NCBI RefSeq assembly: GCF_004010195.1
Contig: NC_057718.1
Coordinates: 2,310,458-2,366,835 of the forward strand
Direction of reading: 5' to 3'
Source of the DNA: Chiloscyllium plagiosum
Taxonomy: Eukaryota
Length of the DNA: 56,378 nucleotides
The translations under genes and the position numbers were made by a program. Below are positions 38,498-51,200 of the stretch, piece by piece (position 1 is the first letter of the stretch; each line of letters begins with the position of its first letter). The notes under the pieces are model-generated. The model ran no database searches, had not been told where the DNA came from, and saw only the letters and a program-made list of their open reading frames with translations.

Positions 38498-39056
38498 TTG
38501 TCTATTTGTGACCTACAATGAGGACAATTTCTACAATGTAATCTTAATCTCCTGCTCTGACTCCTGCAAATCCTCATGCTGCCTGAGCCAGCCATCCTGT
38601 GACATCTCGTTTAACTGTGCGCTGGTGCCTGAGCTCTGAGACAGTCAGGCTCCAGTGTGTGAGTATCCCGATGGGATATTGTCACACTCAGTGATTCCTC
38701 ACCGTGCTGAACTGGGCTGGTGTGCTTCACTGGGACTGAAGCACAAGGTTTGGTTCTGATATTACACCTCCTTGGTTATGGTCACAGGAACAGTGTCTGA
38801 AAGGTGACCTATGGACAGCACTGCAGACAGCGTAACATCAGAGACAGGGTGTTGTCAATTGACACAAATCGATTAACTGAAAGCTTCTTCCAAGCTCCAG
38901 CCTCTCCTTTGTGAACCAAGCTAATTATCAATTTTTAATTCCCTAAACTCATCATTTTCCAATTTTCTCTCAGATTATATCTCCTTTCGTTGTAATTGTT
39001 AACCGTCTGCTCAGGAGCGTTACTGTCATAGACTGCAGGATTATTCATGACTTAAT

Positions 39057-40750
39057 ACTGTGTCCCCCATCAAACACTCCAGGACAGGGACAGCTCAGGG
39101 TTAGGTACAGAGTAAAGCTCCCTCTACACTGTTCTCCATCAAACACTCCCAGAACAGGGACAGCACAGGGTTAGATACAGAGTAAAGCTCCCTCTACACT
39201 TTTCTCCATCAAACACTCCCAGAACAGGGACAGCACGGGGTTAGATACAGAGTAAAGCTCCCTCTACACTGTCACCCCATCAAACATTCCCAGAAGAGGG
39301 ACAGCACGGGGTCAGATACAGAGTAAATCTCCCTCTACACTGTCCTCCATCAAACACTTCCAGGACAGGGACAGCACAGGGTTAGATACAGAGTAAAGCT
39401 CCCTCTACACTGTCCCCCCATCAAACACTCCCAGGACAGGGACAGCACAGAGTCAGATACAGAGTAAAGCTCTCTCCACACTGTCCCCCATCAAACACTC
39501 CCAGGACAGGGACAGCACGGGGTTAGATAGAGAGTAAAGCTCTCTCTACACTGTCCCCCATCAAACACTCCCAGGACAGGAACAACACAGGTTTAAATAC
39601 AGAGTAAAGCTCCCTCTGCACTGTCCCCCCATCAAACATTCCCAGAACAGGGACAGCAGGGGGTCAGATACAGAGTAAAGCTCCCTCTACACTGTCCCCC
39701 ATCAAACACTCCCAGGACAGGAACAACACAGGTTTAAATACAGAGTAAAGCTCCCCCTACATTGTCCCCATCAAACACTCCCCTGGACAGGGACAGCACG
39801 GGGTTAGATACAGAGTAAAGCTCCCTCTGCACTGTCCCCCTATCAAACATTCCCAGGACAGGGACAGCACGGGGTCAGATACAGAGTAAATCTCCCTCTA
39901 CACTGTCCCCCATCAAACACTTCCAGGACAGTGACTGCACGGGGTCAGATACAGAGTAAATCTCCCTCTGCACTGTCCCCCATCAAACACTCCCAGGACA
40001 GGGACAGCATGTGGTCAGATACAGAGTAAATCTCCCTCTACACTGTCCCCCATCAAACACTTCCAGGTCAGGGACAGCACAGGGTTAGATAGAGAGTAAA
40101 GCTCCTTCTACACTGTCCCCATCGAACACTCCCAGGACAGGGACAGCATGGGGTTAGATATAGAGCAAAGCTCCCTCTACACTGTCCCCCCATCAAACAC
40201 TCCCAGGACAGGGACAGCACGGGGTCAGATACAGAGTAAATCTCCCTCTACACTGTCCCCCATCAAACACTCCCAGGACAAGGACAGCATGGGGTCAGAT
40301 ACAGAGTAAATCTCTCTCTACATTGTCCCCATCAAACACTCCCAGGGCAGGGACAGCACTGGTTTAGATACAGAGTAAAGCTGGATAGGCGGTGGAAAGG
40401 AGTGATCCACTGCCTGAGCCCAGTCGATGCGGACTCAGGGACAACTTCCTGACTGTGTTTCAGTTTGGGGATGTGGGTGTTGCTAGTTGGCCACTTACGA
40501 TACTGCCTGCCCTAATCACCCTTGATGATGATCTGCCCTCTTGAACCTCTGTCGTACATTGAAGCAGTTTATTACAACTCAGGGGCTTTCTGCACCATTT
40601 CAGAGCCAGTCACATGGCTGTAGGTGACTCCGAGGACAGGGACAGCACGGGGTCAGATACAGAGTAAAGTTCCCACTGCACTGTGACCATCAAATATGCC
40701 CAGGGCAACAAGGGGTTAGGCACAGAGAAAAGCTTCCTCTCTGCTGTCCC
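39057..40750 (+). repeat. 70-bp tandem satellite, ~19 units plus ~2 degenerate units after a 250-bp insertion
   Basis: Unit ctccctctacactgtcccccatcaaacactcccaggacagggacagcacggggttagatacagagtaaag. Confidence 0.95.
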
Positions 40751-43039
40751 TTTAAATATTACCATATCTGCTGGATTAAATATAGCATTGATTGCAATGC
40801 ACTTGCTCCATCTCTGAATTTGCCCATTCCCATCAGTCTGACAGTAACTTTAACACCATTTCACCATCTGTAAAACCTGATGGTGGACCGGTGACTTTCA
40901 GAAATTTTCTCGTACTTATTGGTCATGATATTTTGTTCAGTTTAAAACCAGGGCTGGGTTTTAGGTGTTTATCCTTCGGTTCTCTTTCCAGTGGTGAGCA
41001 GTTTAGTGATTGCAATCAGAAACATCTACACTGGAGGTGAAAGGTAGGAACTGATGTCACCCTCACTGTCATAATCCAGCTGCCTCCTTTAACGTGGCTG
41101 TGTACTCATTCCCAAACAGTGCCAGAGAGCACAGAAATGATCCAGTCAGTTTGAATATATTTGGGGCGATGGGGTTTAGATGAAATGTATCCTGTGGAGA
41201 TTGTCAGTGCAGAGGATACTGAGGAGCTGACCAACCTGTAACTGAATGGAAGTGTTATTGCAGTGGATTTGCTGTTTTGTGAAGGATTTTCAATATTTCC
41301 CAACTTTGTGTCAAGGGATTTTATTCCAAGGTTATATCGTTGCTGGATCTTTTATCACTTTATCTCTACAGTGGGAATACTGAGAGAGGACAGAACGTAA
41401 TGAGATTAGAAAGCTGGATAGGCGGTGGAAAGGAGTGATCCACTGCCTGAGCCCAGTCAATGCGGACTCAGGGACAACTTCCTGACTGTGTTTCAGTTTG
41501 GAGATGTGGGTGTTGCTAGTTGGCCACTTACGATACTGCCTGCCCTAATCACCCTTGATGATGATCTGCCCTCTTGAACCTCTGTCGTACATTGAAGCAG
41601 TTTATTACAACTCAGGGGCTTTCTGCACCATTTCAGAGCCAGTCACATGGCTGTAGGTGTGGAGTCCCGTGTAGGCTAGACCAAGTACAGATGACCCCCA
41701 TTCAGAGATGGTGGTGAACCAGATGGGTTTCTAAATGACAATCTGGTGTTGTCATGGTCACCATAACTGCGGCTAGGTTTGACAATCTGCGTTTTGAATA
41801 TAAAGTCCCAATTGCCCTGCTGTCATCTCCATACCATGGCTGGGTACCATCACCAGGGTGTTACCATTCACACATTGCTCTTGTGGTTTTATGTCACAGC
41901 TACACATCACAGTTCTCTAATCTGGGAATTTGGAGGTTCCTAGGCTGAAGGAAGCTGGTAGATCCCTCCTCCATATAGGCAACCCCCTCCCACCTTTGGT
42001 AATTTGTCAATCACGGTGAGTGACTTGGAGGCAGCTTACAGGGGCTGGTGTTCCCATGTATCTGCTGCCCTTGTCCTTCAGGATGGGAGTGGTCATGGGG
42101 TTTGGAAGGTGCTGTGTACAAATACAGTCAGTTAGTGGGGAAAGGAGGTCAAATCCTGGTGCCATCTTTCCCTGCATATTCCTGTCTTTGCCTTCATTGG
42201 ACATTTTGGCAATTTGAACACGGCTGTTTCTAGTGTGCTTGAATTGGTTGTAGCTGTTCAACTTGGTAAGACTGCACACCGAGAGCAGAGTGCACCTTGT
42301 CTTACTCGGGGGGTGGGGGGGGGGGGGTAGGTTGTAGTGGTATCTGCTGGTGTCAGGGAGCTGACATTCCCATCTGAAGCTCACTGACAGTGTGTAGATC
42401 AGGGAGCGATAGGGGGTGGGGAGCGGACACTCAACATCAGCAAGACCAATGATAAAGGTTGGGGCATCGAGACTTGAGACCTTCCACCAACATCAACAAC
42501 CTCAATCCGGAGTTCCTCAACAGCTTCAGCCCCTTAGCTCCACAATCACCAGCAGCACATTCACTGAAGCTAAGATCAGGATTTCCCATTGTCCCGGGCT
42601 AACTGCAAAACTGAAGCAAAAGTACCAAGCTCTGCCTGACCCAGGGCTGGGTCCTCACCACCTCCCTAACAGCAGTGAAGTAGCTGAACAGATTGCCCCT
42701 GCACTGCCTCAGATAAAGATCAGGCTCAGAGAGCAGGATGCTGAGGATGGAAGGACATTGGGAGCAGGGGGTTCCCCAGCACCTTCCCCCAGTGGGTCAG
42801 TGGTGGAGCCATGTGACTGAATCCCCATAGTCAGGACCCATGTTGAGCTCACTGCAACAGTTCGCCCAAGGTGTTTCATTCAACGTGGTCTTAGAAGGAG
42901 ACCTCAAGCCGACCAGCATTGGAGTCAATGTGTCCTGGCAGCTGCCTGAGTGATGGCAGAAGAGGAGTCAGCAAGGAAGCAGCAAAGAGAGCCCACACAA
43001 AATCACAGCAATCAGCCTCAGGTCGGCTGAGGAAGGGGA

Positions 43040-43500
43040 GTGGGCAAAAAAGTGGCAGGTGGAATATAATGGGCCAAAATGTGAGGATGTCCACTTTGGC
43101 AGGAAGAATAGAAAATTGGAACATTATTTAAAAGGAGAGAGACTGTAGAACACTGAGGTATAGAGGGATCTATGTGTAGTGGTACATAGATTACAAGATG
43201 TGACAATGCAGGTACGCCTGGTGATTAGGAAAACCATGGGAACATTGGCATGTGGTGTGAGAGAGCGGTAGAGAGCTCCTGCAATAACTACATAGGGCAT
43301 CATTGAGGCCACACCCAGAGCATTGTGAGTTAGTTTGGTCTCCTCCCATCAAGATGTGTAAGGTGGCACTGGGGTCAGTTCAGGGAAGATTCCCTCAGCC
43401 GACTCCTGAGCTGTAGTTCAGGTTTGTTTATGGGGAAAGGTTGAGCAGATTGGGCCTGAGTACAGAAGTTTAGAAAAATGAAAGCTAATCTTCCTGAAAC
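43040..43500 (+). mobile_element. Old CR1 fragment
   Basis: W-KKWQVEYN..C..HFGRKN and RPH-EHC remnants. Confidence 0.6.
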
Positions 43501-44179
43501 CTCCAGGCTTTAGCCCAAATGCTTCCTGCTGAATGTGGGAGCAGTGATTGAGCATATTGATCGCAGAGGGAATGACACATTAATCACTGCCAGACTCTGT
43601 TGAGCTCAGTCTCCATACTCTGTAGCAGCAATATCTCTCTGCATGGCTATCAAGAAATTCGATACACTCTTCCGTGACCCAGTGAAGCCAATTCTGACTC
43701 AACAATTCTGTCAATTGCAGATGAAATCCAAAGGATTCAGGGATAGTCAAGGCTGCCCAACCCACTCAGAAACCTATCTCCTTCAGATTAATGCTACTTT
43801 CAAAATATTACAATCACTGTTTCCTACCCTACCTCCTCGCTTCAATCAATGCCCCAACGCATCACCTGGCTGCACACAAATCCAAAGACCCCCAATCTCC
43901 TCCTCACCAATTCGTCTGCTGCAAATGAATCTGTCCAGAAAGCTATCGGTCAGAGAGCTCCAGTCCCTTCGAGATATAAACCTATCTTCACTTTGAGATA
44001 TCTTGTGTTATGTTGCACTATTACCGGACAGACTTCAAACAAACCTAACCACTGGAGACTGGACATCCATGGCACACTGTGGGCCTTCAGGAACAGCAGC
44101 AGAATCGGCAAGCTCTTTTTGTTTTGATTCACTAGTGGGTGCTGCTGGCTGGCCCTTGAGAAAGTGGTTGTAATCTATG

Positions 44180-45015
44180 TGCTACTGAGACAGCCCATGT
44201 TCCAACACAACAGGACCGGGATAGTATCCAGCCTCGGGCTGAAAAGTGGCAACGAACATTCATGCCACACAAACTCCAGGCAATGACTATTTTCAATAAC
44301 AGACAATCTAATTGCCCCTTGACATTCAATAGTGTTACCATCACTGAGTCCTCTACGATCAACATACAGAGGGTTACCATTGACCAAAAGCCCAACTGGA
44401 TTAGCCAAATTAACACAGTAGCGATAAGAGCAAGTCAGGGTGGTTAATACTGCAGTGAATTACTCCCCTCCGGACTCCCCTAAGCCTGCCCACCATCTAC
44501 AAGGCACAAGTCTGGAGTGTGATAGAATACTCCCCACTTGTCTGGAGGGGTGCAACCCACCAACATTTAAGAAGTTTGATACCATCCAGGACAAAGCAGC
44601 CACTTGATTGGCACCACATCCACAAACATCCCCTCCCTCCACCACCGATGCTCAGTGACAGCAGTGTGTACTATTTACAAGATGCACTGCAGAAATTCAC
44701 CAAAGATCATCAGACTGCACCTTCCAAACCCATGAGCATTTCCATCTAGAAGGACAAGGGCAGCTGATACATGGGAACCCCTGCAAGTTCGCTCCAAGCC
44801 ACTCCCCATCCTGACCTAGATATACATCACCATTCCTTCAGTGTCACTGGGTCAGAATCCTGGAATTCCCTCCCTAAGGGCATTGTGGGTCAACCCACAG
44901 CACATGGACTGTAGCGGTTCAAGAAGGCAGCTCACCCTCACCTTCTCAAGGGGCAACTAGGGACAAGCAATAAATGCTGGGCCCAGCCAGTGATGCCCAT
45001 GTCCTATGAATGAAC
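44180..45015 (+). mobile_element. LINE (CR1/L2 group) RT C-terminus plus tail
   Basis: TIYKAQVWSVIEYSPLVW, FDTIQDKAA-LIG, YKMHCRNSPK; tail shared with SINE family 2. Confidence 0.8.
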
Positions 45016-45270
45016 AGAAACACTCCACAATAAACCCCAAGACCCACAGCACTCTCCCCAACCTGCTACAGGTGGTCATATCAAGCATTGGCCTCTGCCC
45101 ACTAACATGGCAAAAGGAAACTGACTGGGAGCAGCCCCTATGCCATACTTGCGATAACGGATTATTAACAGACCATTGTGTGTGGAGGCAGTCACAGACC
45201 ACAGGACAGCTTTGAAAAAAAGAGAAGCCAGATCTCATGAAATATTTACGCTGGTTCTGCCTCAGGTTCA

Positions 45271-45387
45271 AGGTAAAAACAATGACTGCAGATGCTGGAA
45301 ACCAGATTCTGGATCAGTGGTGCTGGAAGAGCACAGCAATTCAGGCAGTGAAATCGACGTTTCGGGCAAAAGCCCTTCACCAGGAAC
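45271..45387 (-). mobile_element. Penelope-derived mini-element with 14-bp TSD
   Basis: TSD ctgcctcaggttca at 45257-45270 and 45388-45401. Confidence 0.8.
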
Positions 45388-45549
45388 CTGCCTCAGGTTC
45401 AGCACTTTCCTGAGAGATGAGAATGGCCACCTGGTGGCAGCACAGAGTCAAGGAACCCAGCATCACCCAACACTGAAACAATAGAGTGTGATAGCAGACT
45501 GCAGGAACAATGAATAGAACATCCTACTGCCGCAAACACTGACATTTCT

Positions 45550-47545
45550 ATTCATTCACAGGACGTGGGTGTTACTGGCTGGGCCCAGCATTTATTGCCT
45601 GTCCATAGTTGCCCCTTGAGAATGTGAGGGTGAGCCGCCTTCTTGAACCGCTACAGTCCATGTGCTGTGGGTTAATCGACAATGCCCTTAGGGATTGCAG
45701 GATTTTGACCCAGTGACACTGAAGGAACGGCGATATATGTCCAAGTCAGGATGAGGAGGGGCTTGGTGGGTAACTTGCAGGAGGTGGTGTTCCTCTGTGT
45801 CTCCTGCCCTTGTTCTTCTAGATGGAAGTGGCTGTGGGTTTGGAAGGTGCTGTCTGAGGATCTTTGGTGAATTTCTGCAGAGCATCATGTAGATAGTACA
45901 CACTGCTGCTACTGAGCATCAGTGATGAAGGGAGTGGATGTGGTGCCAATCAAGCAGTTGGATGGTGTGAAGCTTTTTGAGTGTTGTTGGAGCTGCACCC
46001 AACTAGGCAAGTGGGGAAAATTCCATCATACTCCTGACTTGTGCCTGAGAGATGGTGGACAGGATTTGAGCAGTCAGGAGGGGAGTTAGTCACCACAGTA
46101 TTCCTATGGGGGAATCCAGTTGAGTTTCTGCACACTGTATCCCCAGGACGTTGATATCAGGGGATTCAGTGATGGTAGCATCATTGAATGTCAAAGGGAA
46201 CTGATTAAATTGTCTCTTATTAGTGATGGTCATTGCCTGGCATTTGTGTATTGCAAAAAGTTACTTGTTACTTTTCAGCCCAAGCCTGGATATTGTACAG
46301 ATCTTGTTAGATTTAGACATGGACTGCTTCAGTATCTGAGGAGTTGCGAATAGTGCTGAACATTATGCAATCAACAATGACCATCCCCACTTCTGACCTT
46401 ATGGTGGAAGGAAGACTATTGATGAAGCACTGAAGATGGTTAGGCCTAGGACACTCCCCTGAGGAACTCCCTTCATCATGTGAAGGAGCAGCGCTCTGAA
46501 GGCTTGTGATTTCAAATAAACCTGTTGGGACCATAACCTGGGGTCATGTGATTTTGGGTTTTGTCCACCCCAGTCCAACACCGGCCCCTCCGCATCTGAG
46601 GAACTCCTGCAGCGATGTCCTAGAGCTGAGATGACTGACCTCTAGCAACCTCCTATGTGACAGATATGACTCCAACCAGCTGAGGGTTTACCCCCACCCC
46701 CCTCCAATTCCCATTGATTCCAGTTTTGTTAAGGCCCCTTGATGCCACACTTGGTTGAATGCAGCCTTGATGGCAAGGGCTGTTACTCTCACCTCTGGAA
46801 TTCAGCTCTTGTGCCCATAGAACCCCGACAGTGTGAATGTAGGCCATTCGGCCAATCAAGGCCACGCTGTCCCACCCACACCCGCCACCCTACACTATAA
46901 CTCTGCACATTATGGGTAATTTAGCATGTTCAATTCACCTAATCTGCACATCTTTGGACTTTGGGAGTAAACAGGAGCACCCAGAGGAAATACACACAGA
47001 CACGGGGAGAATGTGCAAACTCCGCACAATTACTCACCCAAGGCTGGAATCGAACCCGGGTCCCTGGTGCTGTGAGGCAGCAGCACTAGCCATTGAGCCA
47101 CCGTGCTGCCATGTTTGAAGCAAGGCTGTAATGAGGTCAGGAGCTGAGTGGCCCCAGTGGAATCCAAACTGGGCGTCACTGAGCAGGTTATTGCTGAGCA
47201 GGTGCTGCTTGATAGCCCTGTTACTGACACCCTCCAACACTTTACCGATGATTGAGAGTAAACTGATGGGGCGGTAACTGACTGGGTTGAATTTTAAGTA
47301 CAGGACATACCTGGTCAATTTTCCACATTGTCGGGTAGATGCCAGTGGTGTAACTGTACTGGAACAGCTTGGCTCGGGGACCTGCAAGTTCTGGAGCACA
47401 AGCCTTCAGGACTATTGCCAGAATATTGTCAGGGTCCGAGCCTTTGCATTATCCAGTGTCTCTGACTGTTTCTTGATATCACAAGGAATGAATCGACGTG
47501 GCTGGAGACTGGTATCTGTAATGCTGGGGACCACTGGAGGAGGCT
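45550..47545 (-). mobile_element. Same LINE family, longer copy, with nested Penelope-type insertion (46471-46595) and V-SINE (46820-47110, minus)
   Basis: PQGSVLG split by the insertion; NPVSYRPISLLSIIGKVLEG..QFGFHWGHSAPDLITAL. Confidence 0.82.
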
Positions 47546-48278
47546 TTTAGTGACAATGATTGTTACATCCCATAATCATAAATACTGGCTGTAATAACAG
47601 GGTCTGGACCATTGCCTTGTTCCAAACAAAAACTGCAATATCCCATAACTTGGAACATTATAAGGACAGCATCTGGAATACCCATGATTCCACATTCTAG
47701 TAACTGGCTCTGTACTATCCCATTGTGCCAAACACTGACTGCAGTAGCCCCTGTATTATACACAGCAGCTAAACTCTCTGTACATTACCACATCATCAGT
47801 CAGAGGTAACATACAGAGAATACTGGAGAAACTCAGCAAGTCTGGCAACCACTGTGCAGAGAAATCAGAATTAAGGCTCCCGGTCCACTGTGATTCATCT
47901 TTGATTCGATCCTCTCGGGACGACCGGTGAAGGGCAATATAACAGAGTGTCTTCCTCCCTCTGCACAAATGCTGCCAGACCTGCTGAGTTCTTTCAGCAC
48001 TTTCTGTTTCATTTCAGATTTCCAGCATCTGCTGTACTTTGCTTTAGAGACTGTCAATCCAATTCTGTAGGAAACTGCCAGGATTTTTCTGATTCCGTTG
48101 CTGCGTTATGTGCTCTCGCCTCCAGGTGAAATGTTGGGGTTTGCGTGTCTGCTGCTCCTGTTTCAGGATATTGAGGCTCTACTCATTTTTTGCTTTTTTT
48201 TTTGCAGGTGTTTATTCTGAACCTCGGTCTTCCATTCTGTATTTCTGGGTCAGCACGGCAGCAATTCATCCAGTTACC

Positions 48279-48291
48279 ATGTCACTGTCTG
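48279..48291 (+). CDS. STMN4: STMN4 first coding exon (13 coding nt; exon probably 48208..48291)
   Basis: Poly-T acceptor tttgcag|G at 48208; accATGTCACTGTCTG|gtatgt, phase 1. Confidence 0.85.
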
Positions 48292-51200
48292 GTATGTTTC
48301 ACCCTGTCCCCCGCAATGCCATTTCAACACACCAGCCTGCCACAGATTACCCCAGATAGTGAGAACGAGACCGAGACAGTGCAGGCGAGCTTATTAAAAT
48401 GAGAAAGCAGACACATACGCAGCCATTTCACCCTCACAGTGACACAAGCCAGTCCTGAAAAGAAAAGAATGCTCCTTAATCCTCAAAAACATAATCATGA
48501 AATGTAACGTGTGTAGAGTCCAGTCTCATCTCTCCATGTGCATGAACAGGGTTTCTGACCACAACAGATATTTACCAATCAGCCTGTCCAAAGATGTTAT
48601 TACACACTGCTGGAGCAGATCAGACAGAACCTCCATCCTCCTGTTTCAGAGATTGAGACACTACCACTACAACACCACAGCCCCCTTTCAATAACAGTAT
48701 TGGTCACAGTTATAATAATTATTTCAGTAACTGCCAAGTTCCGGTACATTGCTCTAAATCCAGATTTAAAAATAATTATTTTTCTTGAGACTCTGGTGTC
48801 CCTAACTGCCATAATCTGAGTGTCTCACTTGGCCCTTTCAGAGTCACCCCATTGTAATGGGTCTGGAGTCACGTGTAGGCCAGTGCAGGTAAGGGTGGAA
48901 GATTTCCTTTCCTAAAGGGCATTATTGAACCAGATCGTTTGTTATGATAATTGACTATGATTTATAATCGCGCAGGGCAATTAGGGATTAACAATAAAAA
49001 CAGGTCTAGCTAGCAATGTCCACATCCCACAGGTGAATTTTAAAAATATTATCCTCCGCTACTATCTCCCTATAAATGTCAACATGATTCTTTGGGGGTT
49101 TTGAGAAGATTTGTAGCTCAGGTTGAGGTTCTGGATGTAGGTTTGCTCGCTGAGCTGGAAGGTTCATTTCTAGACATTTCATCACCCTACTAGGTAACAT
49201 CTTCAGTGGGCCTCAGGCAAAGCAGTATACATGATTCCTACTTTCTATTTATATGATTGGGTTTCTTTGTGTTGGTGATGTCATTTCCTGTTCTTTTTCT
49301 CAGGGGGTGGTAGATGGAGTCTAACTCGATGTGTTTGTTGATAGAGTTCCGGTTGGAATGCCTCTAGGAATTCTCATGCGTGTCTCTGTTTGGCTTGTCC
49401 TAAGATGGATGTGTTGTCCTAGTCGAAGTGGTGTCCTTCCTTATCCATATGTAAGGATACTAGTGAGAGAGCGGCACGGTGGGCGCTCTAATCTAATCTA
49501 ATCTAATCAGAGCTTCATGTCGTTTTGTGGCGAGTTGGTGTTCATGTATCCTGGTGGCTAGTTTTCTGCCTGTTTGTCCAATGTCGTGTTTATCACAGTT
49601 CTTGCACGGTATTTTGCAAGAATAGAACAGGAAATGACATGCTTTGCCTGAGGACCACTGAAGATGTTACCTAGTAGGATGACAAAATGTCTGGAAATGA
49701 ACCATCCAGCTCAGCAAGCAAACCTACATCCATGATTCTTTGGGACAGCATCCAAAAGATTACGCTGAATTGATGTGTTTCAGTGAGTGAGGGCTGAGGA
49801 CATTGCTATCACACAATGTATTCTCATTGTTCTGTCTCTGTTCACTTCCAGCGTACAAACAGAAGATGAAAGAACTTCCTCTCTTTAACCTTCTCTGTTC
49901 CTGCTTCAACCCAGAGCCCCGAAATAAAACTCTCTATAAGTTTGAAGGTGAGTGATAGTGGAGTTGTCTCCGTGTTGTGAGGACAGGGCTTAGACAGCGA
50001 TATCTGTAGTGACAGCTGAGCCACAGTGTTTAGACAGCGCCACCACTGGTGGGAGGGTGCCATGTCAGTGTGACATGTTTACATTGGAAAAGAACTGATT
50101 ACATTTTTTATTTATTGTTTCTCGCGATGTGGGCATCACCAACTAGGTCAGCATTTGTTGCTCGTCTCTAATTCCTCTTGAACTGTGTGGCTTGCTAGGG
50201 CCATTTCAGAGGGCAGTGAAGGGTCAAACCACATTGCTGTAGGTATGGAGTCACGTGTAGGTCTGACCAAGGAAGCAAAGCAAGTTCTCTTCCCTAAGAG
50301 AGGACCAGATGTGTTTTTATGACAATTGATGATAATTGAGGAGAAAGTGAGGGCTGCAGATGCTGGAGATCAGAGCTGAAAATGTGTTGCTGGAAAAGCG
50401 CAGCAGGTCAGGCAGCATCCAAGGAACAGGAGAATCGACATGTCGGGCATAAGCCTGAAGAAGGGCTTATGCCCGAAACGTCGATTCTCCTGTTCCTTGG
50501 ATGCTGCCTGAATTGATGATAATTGCCAATGTCATAATCACAGAGACTTCAAATCCAGATTTATTGATTGAATTGGAAATTCTGGCTGTGGTGGGATTTG
50601 ATACCATGGCCCCTAATCAGGAGGCTGACCTCTGGATGTACTGTGGCCCAGTTGCCTCAATTTCCTGTTCGTCATCATGACAGAGACTTGGGCCAACACC
50701 TTCCAGCACATTGATCAAGGCCAGCTGGAGGGACAACGACCTACTAACGTACTCCTGACACTGAGTGACGGGCCACAGTAAATACAATGGGTTACAGCAA
50801 GATACTGCAGAGGGGAACAGACAGCTGAAGGCAGTGATACAACTGTAGGATGTTGGTGTGGAGTGCAGCAGCATATGGACTTAGCCTCTCTGGATCTGAG
50901 GAGGAAATCTGGGGTTACTGTTGGGATGGCGAGGGACCAGGTAACTGGGGTCTCCAGGTTACAAAAAGATTGCAGACGGGAACAACATATAATGAGGAAG
51001 ATAAATGAATGTTAGCCTTTATCCTGATTTCCGGGATTCACAAAGAAAGAATTCATCTTGAAGTTGACGTTTGTCAGATCTGAGTCCGCTTGAGTATTTC
51101 ACCTCATGAAGGAGAGATTGGTTTTTGGAGATTCTCCAGGATTACAGCAAGACAGGTACTCACATCATGGTTAAGGTCGGGGAATATAGAAAGAGAAATG

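Noticed and set aside
39057..40382. Regular array as a CRISPR
   Set aside because: Head-to-tail units with no unique spacers, no cas genes, eukaryotic context.
42416..43131. 134-aa Q/S/P-rich ORF and its neighbour
   Set aside because: Non-ATG start, no recognisable domain or splice framework; probably unclassified transposon debris.
50015..50045. REST/NRSE site in STMN4 (gacagcgcc), and ggacagcac in the 70-bp satellite
   Set aside because: Only a right half-site; no properly spaced TCAGCACC left half.
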